From Geosiphon pyriformis uo1 (taxonomy: Eukaryota > Fungi > Glomeromycota), in contig JAAOMT010000379.1 of assembly GCA_016748015.1 (NCBI GenBank), positions 172,042-236,041 on the forward strand: a stretch of 64,000 bases of DNA. The letters are read 5' to 3'. The position numbers and the translations under genes were made by a program. Positions 52,422 through 64,000 of the stretch are shown piece after piece (within the stretch, counting starts at the first letter, position 1; the number at the start of each line of letters is the position of its first letter). The notes under the pieces were generated by a model that was not told where the DNA came from, did not search any database, and worked only from the letters and a program-made list of their open reading frames with translations.

Positions 52422-53891
52422 ATGATTGATTCAGCTCAAAAAAAAATTATTGATGAAAATTCTTTAATTGAAACCCCAAAAAAGATTATACCTCCTCGAA
52501 TCGAAATAATCCCTGCTATTGAGAATATATCAAAAAATTCTCCTCCCACAATAACTCAACCACTAGCTTCGAATGATTTGAGTCAATTAGGAACTTCCGC
52601 TCACCGATTTTCATTTAATCAAAAGAAACACGGGACACATAAAAAACTCCAAAAAAAAAATTCACAAAAATTGGATAAAAACAATTCAAGTTTACCATTA
52701 AATATTCCTCTTTCTTGGAAATCTCTAAGTCAGTGGCAAAAAAGCGAGGGTATACCAGTGGACATGGTAATAAGACAAGGAAGGGCCGAACAACAAAAAA
52801 ATTATTTATCAAATTTATATGGAAGTTTAGTTTTGCCCAAGGTGTATCTTGGGAGGTAAGCGTTGATTCTATTTTCTTTTAAGTTATTACCTTTAGGGAA
52901 ATTATTAATAACATATATATCCTGACAACTATTTTAAAAATGTGATTTTTTGAATTTTAATTCTGCAACATGACACTTAAATGACCGATGAAGCTAATTA
53001 AAATTTGTTTTTCCAACAATCTTCTGGGTAGTCGTTTGGCGGCAACTGATAAAGACTGGTTGGAAGAACATAATATCACTCATATTCTTACTGTTGCTGA
53101 TGGTTTAAGACCAGCGTTTCCAAAGGTATGATACTTTTAAAATAGGATATTTTTTCCCCTAGAATTCGAAATTTTAAAATATTTCTATTTTAATATCTCA
53201 AATTTTTATATCCTAGGAATATACCTATAAAGTAATACAAGTAAGAGATAGTCAAAATCAAAATCTCCTTGAACATTTCGATTCGTGTCATCGGTTTATC
53301 GACAAAACATTGTCACAAGAAAAAGGGAACCTCTTAATTCATTGGTAAGCGTCATTTTACGAGCTGATTTTTGAATATAATGAACTGGTATCTCTTATAT
53401 GAAAAGGTTTAAGACTTGATTGAAAATTTTTCTTTAAAAAATATTAGTCAAGCGGGAATTTCAAGAAGTGCTTCAGGTATCAGCTAGATCTATTTTTGTT
53501 TCTATTCATTTTTTTCAAATAAACACACACCAATCAATTTTACTTTTCTTTGGGAAACAAATAACCCTAGTTTTGACAGCATATATAATGAAATCGCAGA
53601 TGATGGAATACGAAAAAGCTCTAGAATTAGTAAGATCCAAAAGATCCATTGTTTGGTATGGTTTGATTTATTTTGGGCTAAAATTAGATTTTTAGTAAGA
53701 ATCAAAAAATCTATTCTATTTTTATTAATCTCTTTCTCTTTATTATTCTTTATTGTACCTTTTTTAGTCCGAATGTAGGGTTCCGGTATCAACTGCACCT
53801 TTATCACGTCCTCGGCTGCAATCAACCAAAAAAGCAATTAAAGTATTGGACATTTGTATTTCAAATATGGAAGAAAGTAATTCTTGAGTAA
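52422..53891 (+). CDS. Dual-specificity protein phosphatase
   Basis: LPKVYLG; ITHILTVA; VRDSQNQNLLEHFD; active site H-C|QAGISRSAS split by an intron; AYIMK; RSIVC|PNVGF. Confidence 0.92.
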
Positions 53892-54289
53892 GTAATTAGT
53901 AAATTATTGGCCCTTATTTACTTTTTGGTTGATCAAATGATCATTTATTATAAAAGTCATTTGAGGCTAACATCTTTTCGAAATTTTTTTATATCTAGCT
54001 TTTGTTAATTGACAAGTCATTATCTTTTTCACGGTCTCGGCCAAATATAAATTTGCTAATACATTTTTTTAATTCATGAATCCCCTATAAATTTTCATAT
54101 TCAAAATAAAAACCCACCCTTCATTCTTGTAAATATACTTTCTATTTCTTTCATATGGTATTATTTACTTTTATCACCAGAATTATATTATTTTACTTAT
54201 TAATTGACTATAAATATCACTTGGATTTAGAAAAATTATGTATTATCACATTCTAAGCATAATATTGTAATGTAATCTAATGTATTTTA

Positions 54290-54309
54290 AATTATTATTA
54301 TTATTTTAA

Positions 54310-54348
<39 letters not shown>
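54290..54348. repeat. (ATT)n microsatellite
   Basis: Direct reading. Confidence 0.9.
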
Positions 54349-55646
54349 GGTAGAAGCTTTCAATTCTTTTTGAGTCATATCATTATGTTTAACGACTGAT
54401 CGAAAGCAAGAATTTTTAATTCTTTTACTCGAATTTTGGAGGAAAGATTTACTGTCGTAATTTTTTATTAAAATGAAACATTTGAAACATGGTCAAAAAT
54501 CGGCTGATTGACTCATAACATTCCTGGTTAAAGCTGATCACATTTTTTTTAATCTCTTTTTAGTTCATAAAAAAAAGTAATAAAAAAAATCTTTTATTTT
54601 ATGGAATAATTTAAGATTTTTTTTGAAAATAAAAGAATAATTCAGTTATAAATTTCATATTAGATAACTTTATTGACCCAAAAAGAAATCTCAGAAATCT
54701 TAATACAAATAATTTGTTAAATATTATAAAAAAATATATAGGTAATTTTTATAATAAAAATTAATTTAATAAGTTAAATTAATTATTTAAATATTTTTCA
54801 CATTATCACACAATAAATTTGAATAAATTGGTGATACAAAGTTTTTGTTAATTTTAGTAAATTCAAGTTTAAAATTAAATAAACTTTTAAAAAATAAATA
54901 AAGCTTTTATTTTTGCAAATAAATAAAACAATATAAATGTTTTTAATACTAATAAATGAATAAAAATGAAAAATCAAAACATCCAATCACATTTGCCATG
55001 TTTTTAAATTGCAAGAAATTTTTTTCAATTCAATTCAACCCAAATCAAAATTATTGTTGGCAAACATTTTCACAATCTTATAGACAAATAAAATTTTTTT
55101 TTCACTTTGTGATCAACTTACTCGTCACAACCCCTAAAAAAAAAAAATACAGGTTTTCTTAAAATCTTGGGTTAGAATTGACAAATTTGATTTAACTCGA
55201 ATGAAAAAATCGAAATTCACAGATCTTCCGTCTGAAAATCTTTATTAAAAAAATAAATTTTTACCTAGAAACATTCTCGTATTCTCCCCTATCAGATTGA
55301 ATTCTCATAAATCTGGACAGTTAACCGAATTTACCCGTTCTAATGCTTTGAAGAATTCTTGATTTTTAATCATAATAAAAATCTACAGGCTTATTTCGAA
55401 TCTTGATAAGATTTCATTTGCATACAACGGAGATAAAACAAAACTTTTTTTTTAATACTATTTAATTATTTATCATTTCCCGATCAGATTATATCGATTC
55501 AAAATATTTTTTCAATAAAGATTCGAGACAAAATGGTGAAACCCCCAAAAAAATTCAATGGGATTTCATTAATCAAAACAACTCTTTATGATAAAAAATT
55601 TATAAATATTCCATTAAAATAAAGAATAATTTAGTGTTCACAAAAA

Positions 55647-57089
55647 ATGTTTTTTCAAATACCTGTGATAACCCTCATTCTATCAAGTGGTCAAATTTTT
55701 TTGATCTTATTTTTATTTTTACATTTTTATTCAATTCAATATGAAATATTTTTAAAAGATAATTTTTCATTATTCAATAAAACTTTAATACTTTCACCTA
55801 TTCAAAAATCGAAATTTTTATCAAGTTTTCAACTTCATTCGAAAATTTTTAAAAGAAATAATAATCCCAAATCAAAATTTCCTAAACCTATAAGGATTCC
55901 ATCTTATCGACCTAAATCTAATAAATCTTTGAACCCTAAGTTTATAGTTTTAATGCATCATATTGCACAATACGCTAATATTGCCTACTGCCCGGAAAAG
56001 GAGAGTTATCCTAATGAGGTAGAAGTTATTAGGCCAAAACCAGAACGTATATTCATATAAAATCTTAATTGAAGCATGTTAAAATTTAAAAATTATATAT
56101 TAATTTCAAGAGTATTATTAATTTATTCAAAAAAAAAAAAAAAAAAAAAAAAAGCTCCAGGTTTTAAAATGATCTATGATAAAACACACGATCGTATGAT
56201 TATTTGTTTCATTGGAAAAAAATTATCACGAATCGAATGGGAGACTCGGAAAGTCGCATTGGAAAGTGTAAACATAACTTTACCACAACAAGAACGACCA
56301 GAATATTATAAAATGTTTATAGATTCAATATGGAACAAGGATGTAAAAAAAATGTTGCCAGAAATTTTTGAAAAACTTGATCATTTTTCCTCATTTCCGT
56401 TATTCATTCAATTTGTGGGACATGGAGTTGGAGGGGGTAAAGAATTTTCTTTTTATCTATGAATTTTAAATTTATTATTTTTATAAACTATCTAATCAAT
56501 AAAAAAATAATAATCTAATATTATATTTTTAAAAAATATAAAGCTTATGCTGTTCTTGCCGCTCTCTATTATCGCCTTCATCTTTTGAAACAAAGTGCCT
56601 TACATAAGAAGACAATACGAGTTACAACGTTTGGCCAACCGCGAATCGGTTCCAGTTTATTTGCTAGTCTCATTAATAAATTTCTCCTTGTCCAAAGAAT
56701 TACACATTCAAATGATTACGTCCCTCGTTCGTTTCATCCTCCACCACAATTTCAGCATCACGACAGAGAATTTTGGATTGCACGTGATGATTGTAATTGC
56801 ACTAATAAAAAGTCACCTTTTTCTAATGGTTATTTTTTTTTCGAATGCCCAGGCTATCGAAGAAATTGGAATGCAACTCACGGTGAGAATCAGGTAAAAA
56901 AAAAAAAAAAGTCACTTTAGCTGATTTAATTTGATTTTAGTTTACTTTCAACAGGAATATTTTGTTTGATATACTTAAAAAGTTTATTTTAATTAAAAGG
57001 AATGCAATCAGGGGACAATTGATGATTTAGAATCATGGACTAATGATGGTCCATATTTCGGGGTTACAATGGGAAAATGTGATGAATGA
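55647..57089 (+). CDS. Secreted class-3 lipase-like protein, catalytic Ser and His absent (GHGVG; TNDGPYFG)
   Basis: Hydrophobic N-terminus; IAQYANIAYC; FVGHGVGG|AYAVLAA; TTFGQPRIG; RITHSNDYVP; HHDREFWI; ECNQG..NDGPYFG..C. Confidence 0.9.
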
Positions 57090-58346
57090 ATAATGACAAA
57101 GTAATAGAAATAAATATTTCTATATAGTTTTGATTCTATGGATATTTTTATTTAATATCCCTACCTATCATTGTCAAAGAAAACCTCCCCCCCCCCCCCA
57201 CCCCCCACCCCCCACCCACTTTTAATTATAACAATAATAAATCATTTAACACAAAATTTTCGTTATTTATTTCTAAATTTTAACTTGGAAATAACTTTTT
57301 TATTTAGAATTTAAAATTTCAGTTATGAATTATATCAAATTAAAAAATTGACAATCAAGTTTTAATAACAAATGAATAAATTTTATTTTTATTTTTATCC
57401 AAATCATTTTTTAAATTACAAAATCTACTATATTAATATATTAAAATTAAAAAAGTTTATATTTCGAATTATTAAAAATTATAATAAATTAATCAAAGAT
57501 TAATTAGAATTTTTACAGTTTTATTAATTTTAATAAAAATATTGTTTATATTGAATATTTTTTTTAAACAGCAGCATGAATATACATTACTTATATAGTA
57601 TTATCGACAAAAATTTTAATTATAACTAACTCTAATATATTTAATAATTCAGAAACTTCTGTAATGCCTCTTGTAAGATTTTTTTTTCAAATATTCAAAG
57701 ACTTGCAATTTCAGAAAATAAAAGGACTTTTATAATTGAATTAGCTGATGGATTAATAATATATTCCTCTTTAATGACTTTAAAGACAAAACATTAAAAC
57801 TCTTCATGATAATTATATTATAAAGTATCTTTAGTTCAAGACAAATCTGGACATGGAAAAGTTTTTTTCTGGTTGCAAATCAACAATTCTCCACCAAGGA
57901 ATACTACAATAATAATCATATCATAAAAAAATGATTAATAACTTTTATGTAAAAATATATATTTCATAAATATAAAAAAAAAAAATTTTAAAATAAAAAT
58001 TATTTGGTCGTAAAAATATGCTAAAATAAATAAATTTATTGAAAAAATTATGAATTATCAAATTCATTTTTAATATTAAACAATTCCATTAAAATAAAAA
58101 AAAAACATTTATAACAACAACAACAATAATAATTTGAAAACCAATACTTTAAAATGAAATATTTAAATCGATTAATTTTAAAAATATAAAAAATTGATAA
58201 TAATTGTAAATTTATTCATAATAGTTTTCAAAAATCTTTGTTTTTTATTGATTGAAAAATTTTAGATATTAATTAATGATCTCCCACCATAAAAAGAAAT
58301 TAATCAACAATGATATGAACATTTTAATTTTTAAGTTACAGTAAAA

Positions 58347-58418
58347 TAGCAGCGGGAGGTTTCGATCCTCCGGCCTCGGGGTTATGAGCCCCGCGCGCTT
58401 CCTCTGCGCTACGCTGCT
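58347..58418 (-). tRNA. tRNA-iMet (CAT), eukaryotic initiator
   Basis: Reverse complement AGCAGCGTAGCGCAGAGGAAGCGCGCGGGGCTCATAACCCCGAGGCCGGAGGATCGAAACCTCCCGCTGCTA: A1-U72 pair, G-C anticodon stem, GATCGAAAC T-loop. Confidence 0.96.
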
Positions 58419-58559
58419 TCTTTCATAAAAGATTTGCAAATTTTTATAATTTATACTTTAATTTCAATTAAGATCAGCCACATACCTCAAATCACATGCA
58501 TCATGTAATATGGTAACTTTTTCACTATACATGTTTTGGGTATCGAGTCAATAAATTGA

Positions 58560-59090
58560 AGAATTGTCTCTAATGGAATAGCATTCCATGCGGTAAAGAC
58601 TGTAAAATATATACGAAATTTAAATATGAATTAGTGCTTATAAATAATTTGTCTGTCCAAAGAACACGTCGCCAATCCTCTTTGGTCCAATGCTTTGGAG
58701 ATTTAGTCGTTTAATTCGGTTTACTTCATTAATAATAGGTTTTCTTATACATTTTATATTAAAATTTTCATTAAAGTTCTAACGGGCATGTGAATTAGGA
58801 TTTTTACACAAGATTTCAGCAGTAAGCAGATATTTTGACATCTTTCTTATTGTAGGATTTTTTTTAATTTCCCCGTAGAATTCGACGTTCAGAGCGTTTA
58901 AGAATAAAAGAATTTTGACCAATATTTTTTGATAATTCTAATCGTATAAGACAATTTTTAACACAAGTAGCAGAGTCCAATAATGCGCGAGACTTTGGTG
59001 TCGGACATGACCTCTTTCTTGAACATTTTTACTGTATAACATTCATTTCTATTAGGATCTTTTTGGCAATCCATTTGTGTATACATTTTG
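58560..59090 (-). mobile_element. Tc1-like transposase N-terminal remnant
   Basis: RKPIINEVNRIKRL..KHWTKEDWRRVLWTD; frameshifted. Confidence 0.75.
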
Positions 59091-59609
59091 AATTTTCAAA
59101 TCGCTCTTTAACTAAATAATGAATATCTTTTTTTATTAAAATAAGCACCTGGTTTTTTTATGGTTAAAAATACAATTAGAAACTTTTTATATATAAACTT
59201 TCATCTTTATATCTTTTTTAAAAGGATTTTACCTCCTTTTTAATGTGTAAGCGTTATCGACTGTAAAGTTATTTCAATCACTTAAACCTAAAATAGTTAA
59301 TATAATTCATCAAATCGACTTATACTAATATAAGTATTAAAGTGTTTACTGATTTCGTAGATTTTCATCAAAACTTGAATACATCTATTGTATATATATA
59401 CTACGCATTAATCCATCATTGGTAATTTAATCAATCGCGAAATCCTAAATCCAAAAAAAGGTGTTTTTAAACCAAAGTTTCTTATATATTAAATATTATA
59501 AATGAAAGGCTTACTATTTGTCATATCTCGATAGCAGAAGTCCCGTCGCTTTTAGGCAATATTATAATGAATTACGCCATCATGATAGTGATGGGAAATC
59601 AATATTTTC

Positions 59610-59631
59610 TATATATATATATATAAATATA

Positions 59632-59680
<49 letters not shown>
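59610..59680. repeat. (AT)n/(ATT)n microsatellite
   Basis: Direct reading. Confidence 0.9.
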
Positions 59681-59682
<2 letters not shown>

Positions 59683-60506
59683 AAAAATTATCAATATAAA
59701 TTATCCTTAAAAAAATATATATCAATATATTTTTATTAAAAGTAAATATATAAATTCATATTTATTATTCCTCATAACCGTAAAATGTTAAAAACATGTA
59801 TGTTGTTGTTATTTGGGAAGGCTCCGTAAATTTATGAGTTCTGGAAAATTCAAAGAGCTTAATTCGGATGATATAGATACATGTATATTGATAACGTAAC
59901 TGGCTGTACAAAATTATTCCTACCGCAACTAAGAAAATAGTGTGACAATATTTTGAACTCAACTCATAAATTGGCAATTGGAAGAATTCATAAAAATTCT
60001 TTAATTTAATTTCCTTTGTTAAAATTCCCTACTAGGAAAGAATGGAAAAAGATTTTTTGGAAAATAAAATCATCCATTTCTATATCCAATTATTACCTAA
60101 TGATTTCACATTCAGAAAAATTATCTAGCTCTCATACATTAAAGCCAAAAAGGGAAAATTCCAAAAAGTTAACCTTATCCCAAAGAAACAAACCAGATGT
60201 TTCCGAATGGAAAGTCATGATGCCAACCAAAAATTAGGCGTGACTTTCGGCTTTGCTCAACTTTTTGATACCCTGCTCTCATAATAATTCAGAGTTTATA
60301 GAGAAACTAGATTTTTTTAATCATGCACATCCTCTTTTATTCCAAAAGATATCGAACACATTAAACATAATTCAAGATTCAAAATATTCTTATTCAAGAG
60401 TCGTATACCCCAACGATTATTAAAAAAAGGTCTAAGAAAGCTTTTATCTACATACGTATGCGAGTAAGAAACCACTTGGTTAATGGGTGGTTATTTTTTT
60501 GTTGAC

Positions 60507-60508
<2 letters not shown>

Positions 60509-60540
<32 letters not shown>
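60509..60540. repeat. (TG)n microsatellite
   Basis: Direct reading. Confidence 0.95.
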
Positions 60541-60542
<2 letters not shown>

Positions 60543-61739
60543 AACGATATTTTGAAATTCATAAATTTTATATCTTTTTGCTTTCAAAATAAATTTCCCT
60601 AATTTTTTATCAGAGATTCTTGGGCATCATCACGGGGGTCTTGGTTTTTTTTGATGCAAAAACCTCTGAAAAAATGTAGCAAAAAAACTCTTTCAAAATT
60701 ACTTTCTCCTATAAAACGCCTGCAAAAAGGGATAAGAGAAGAGTAATGGAAAAATCTAATGCTAAGAGAAAATTTTTTCAAAAGCTCCCATTTGAAATTG
60801 AACGCCTGAAAAATTGCGAACGGCTCTTGTTGTATTGATCGCATTAAATTAGCGATTCATTCGTTAGGAACATTATTATATTATTGGGAAAATACCTCTT
60901 TCAAAAGTTACATAGTTAAAAAATATTTTTCTTGATGAAATTTGAAATTTTCAACAAATTTTGGTTTTCAACGTTATTAGATACCTTCAAGACGAATAAC
61001 GAAACATCATAAAGAAAACCGAGTTATTGGTTACCTTTCTTGTTGGTGTTTGGTGGGTGGTAGGAGGTTAACTCTCTCAATAGACCCTTAAGGTTTTAAT
61101 ATCGTTGGCCCACGAGAAAAAAAAAGTTTAGGCTTCCTTCTAAGTGTTAACTTGACATGGAGTTAAAGGGGAAAGGGAAGGGGATGGTTAATGAATTTTA
61201 TTTTGATAATATTAAAAAATCATAGGCTTCTTTTACCATTATGCTTACCCAATATTGATCCATTCTCTTTAGAGTGATAGGAAGATGGTCGTATAAATTC
61301 CAAAATTTTAATTTTTTTTTGTTAACTTTAGAGTTTACTCTAAGGTCAAATTTTTATCCAACTTTTTAAACCTAATATATATTGTATATATATACTAAAA
61401 CGTTTCTTAATTATAAACAAAAAATCGTAACTAAGGGAAACTTTGAAAGAAAGAGTATTTCCAAAAATTAGAGTCACGTTATCCTTTTAAGTTCAAAGTC
61501 AACTTTGGAAAGATCCTTCTTTTGGACAATATAACAGGACATTATTCAGCATTTTCAATCTCAGATCTTAAACGTATATGAACATTATTCAGCGTTTTTA
61601 ATATCATTTTGAAAATCAGATCTTCTCATTTTGAACGATTTAAAAGGACATTATTTATCGCAATTTGAAAATCAGATCTTTTCATTTTGATCTTCGAAAG
61701 TCAAACCCATCAAATGTGGAAAGTATATTTATCCATTTC

Positions 61740-61796
61740 GGGGGGTGGGGTGGGGTGGGGTGGGGTGGGGTGGGGTGGGGTGGGGTGGGGGGGGGG
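61740..61796 (+). repeat. (GGGGT)n repeat, G-quadruplex-forming motif
   Basis: About 10 consecutive runs of four or more G. Confidence 0.9.
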
Positions 61797-63239
61797 AGAG
61801 GGAGTTCCAAATGTAGTAAAAATCTATTTATATCAAATATCTATGAAAATAAGAACATTCCAAGAATTATCTCTTTTACACTCGATTTTAGCAAATAAAA
61901 ATTGTCCTATATAGAATTAAGGTTAAGTTAATTTGGTTAGGAATCTCAATAATAAGATGTATATTTTACAAGAAATTTTTTTTACAAACGAATAGAATTG
62001 ATTAAATTTCAGCCTTTTACACGTTATAGTTTCAAAAATATTTGTTTATTTTCCTTTTTAATAATTTTGATCCAGCTAAAATTTACCTTTCAAAAGGGCA
62101 TTGTATTTTTAAATTTTCGTCTTAATCGGAATAGCTATAGTGCATTTTTATAAAGAAATAATTAAAATTTGACATTAATTTTATTTCGTACACTTTAGAG
62201 TGCCCTTTTCGTTCATAACAAAACGTTGAGAATTGGATTTGGTCAATTGATCTAAAACGAGATAGATAATCGAAACCATTTTTGGGTGGGTGAATGTTTA
62301 ATGTCCCATTCAAGACAAAACAAAATAGATTTAATTGTTATAATGGTTAAAATGTGAAAAAAGTATTGAATTAAATATCCCAGCTTAGAAAAAGGTTAAA
62401 CTTTTAAAAAGAAACAATTTTATCAATTTTCATCAATTCTAATTTGTTTTTGGGTAAAAAATTTAAGAAAATATTGATTTCAATCATTCCTTTCATTATA
62501 TTCCCTTTGATCAAATGTAAAATATTAAAACTACCGTGAGAAATATTTCAAAAAAATATTTTGTGTTACTAAAAATTAAAAGGGACACTCAAGTTTTTTT
62601 GCTGGTTTATCATATACTTTTTGGTGTTGATTTTTCTCGTTAAAAGGCTGGAGGAAATAAAGAAAAGGAAATTATTCAATAAAATCTTTAAATCAAATTT
62701 TTTTGTTTATCATACATTTGGGTAATAGAAAGAATTCCAAAAGAGCAAAAAAAAACTAATTCTGAATTGTTTATATTTTTTTCAATGGTTGTTTCATTTT
62801 CAAATTTAAACTTAGACATTTTAAGATTTTCTATGAAGAGAAAACCCGTTGATGTCCTCAGTTCATTTCCCAACTAATAATATTGATCTATCATCAAAAA
62901 CATACAGAGACTATCTCAAAGATCCATTAAACATTCTTTGGAATTTCTTTGTAATGAGACTAATTTCTTTGTAATGAGACTAATATCTCATTCACATTAA
63001 AAAAAAATTCTTTGAAAAAACTATTATTTATAATTAATCAGAAGAACGGTGAAATGTTAGATCTAATATCTTCTGGGCTAGAATTGAATCAGTAAAATTT
63101 TTTATAAAAACTAAAGCTTGAAACTTCAAAGAACAATACCCTTCTGAAGTTTATTCAACGAATAATAAATTCTTTGAAAACAAAAGATTGCAATTAAAAT
63201 AACGTTTAACGTCTCTCAAAAAGCTTTACTTTATATAAA

Positions 63240-64000
63240 ATGTCTCACCAATCTTTTGCTCCCTTGCCCACAATCTTTTTGATAACTCTTCTTCTCACCT
63301 ACCTCTTCGTCTCGGCTATTCCAAATGGATATGGTAGTGACGGAAATGGAAACGGAAACGGCAATGGAAATGTTGGAAACAACAACGGAAACAACAACGG
63401 TAACAACAACAGTGGTAGTGGGAACGGAAACAACAACGGTAACAACAACGTTGGAAGCAACAACGGAAACTTGAACGGTAACAACAACAGTGGTAGTTAT
63501 AACGGAAACTTGAACGGTAACAACAACACTGGTAGTTATAACGGAAACTTGAACGGTAACAACAACACTGGTAGTTATAACGGAAACTTGAACGGTAACA
63601 ACAACACTGGTAGTTATAACGGAAACTTGAACGGTAACAACAACACTGGTAGTTATAACGGAAACTTGAACGGTAACAACAACACTGGTAGTTATAACGG
63701 AAACTTGAACGGTAACAACAACACTGGTAGTTATAACGGAAACTTGAACGGTAACAACAACACTGGTAGTTATAACGGAAACTTGAACGGTAACAAAAAT
63801 AATGGTTCCTACAATGGAAACTTGAACGGTAACAAAAATAATGGTTCCTACAATGGAAATTTGAACGGTAACAAAAACCATGGTTCCTACAATGGAAACT
63901 TGAACGGTAACAAAAACCATGGTTCCTACAATGGAAACTTGAACGGTAACAAAAACTATGGTTCCTACAATGGAAACTTGAACGGTAACAAAAACTATGG
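63240..64000 (+). CDS. Secreted Asn/Gly-rich 13-aa repeat protein, 3'-truncated by the window
   Basis: MSHQSFAPLPTIFLITLLLTYLFVSA|IPNGYGSDGNGN.. followed by at least 16 repeats of GNLNGNNNTGSYN (39 bp); open to the window end. Confidence 0.88.
   Translation, partial: MSHQSFAPLPTIFLITLLLTYLFVSAIPNGYGSDGNGNGNGNGNVGNNNGNNNGNNNSGSGNGNNNGNNNVGSNNGNLNGNNNSGSYNGNLNGNNNTGSYNGNLNGNNNTGSYNGNLNGNNNTGSYNGNLNGNNNTGSYNGNLNGNNNTGSYNGNLNGNNNTGSYNGNLNGNNNTGSYNGNLNGNKNNGSYNGNLNGNKNNGSYNGNLNGNKNHGSYNGNLNGNKNHGSYNGNLNGNKNYGSYNGNLNGNKNY

Noticed and set aside
61740-61796. G-rich repeat as an interstitial telomere
   Set aside because: Unit is GGGGT, not TTAGGG-like.
61665-61914. GWGGV-repeat ORFs
   Set aside because: Translation of the (GGGGT)n microsatellite.
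63231-63920. 229-aa Val/Thr-rich minus-strand ORF
   Set aside because: Antisense shadow of the plus-strand Asn/Gly repeat gene, which has an ATG and a signal peptide.

Overview
Very AT-rich, intron-containing eukaryotic DNA. The gene families (Sel1-repeat/TKL kinase with the WxSGNxxID pre-kinase motif, BTB-BACK-TLDc, an expanded Lipase_3 family) point to a Glomeromycotina fungus. A Geosiphon-like genome is plausible from the lipase expansion, but that is inference. Apparently intact genes: a cytochrome P450 (-), a ~30-Sel1-repeat non-RD kinase (-), three class-3 lipase-like genes (+), an S9-like alpha/beta hydrolase (+), a dual-specificity phosphatase (+), tRNA-iMet, and three secreted or processed peptide/repeat genes absent from the supplied ORF track. 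These three are a KR-delimited repeat precursor cut by the window start, a 56-aa pre-pro-peptide at 26360, and an Asn/Gly 13-mer repeat protein cut by the window end. Between them lie pseudogenes, a pogo-like transposon, Tc1 remnants and several nested inverted repeats. Main surprises: (1) every lipase-like paralogue lacks the catalytic serine; (2) the Sel1 array is highly self-similar, shuffled and fused N-terminally to a non-RD kinase; (3) the two Asn/Gly repeat genes share an amyloid/beta-solenoid-like motif; (4) the tiny pre-pro-peptide has a partial CLE-like core. Exon boundaries were read by eye and are approximate.
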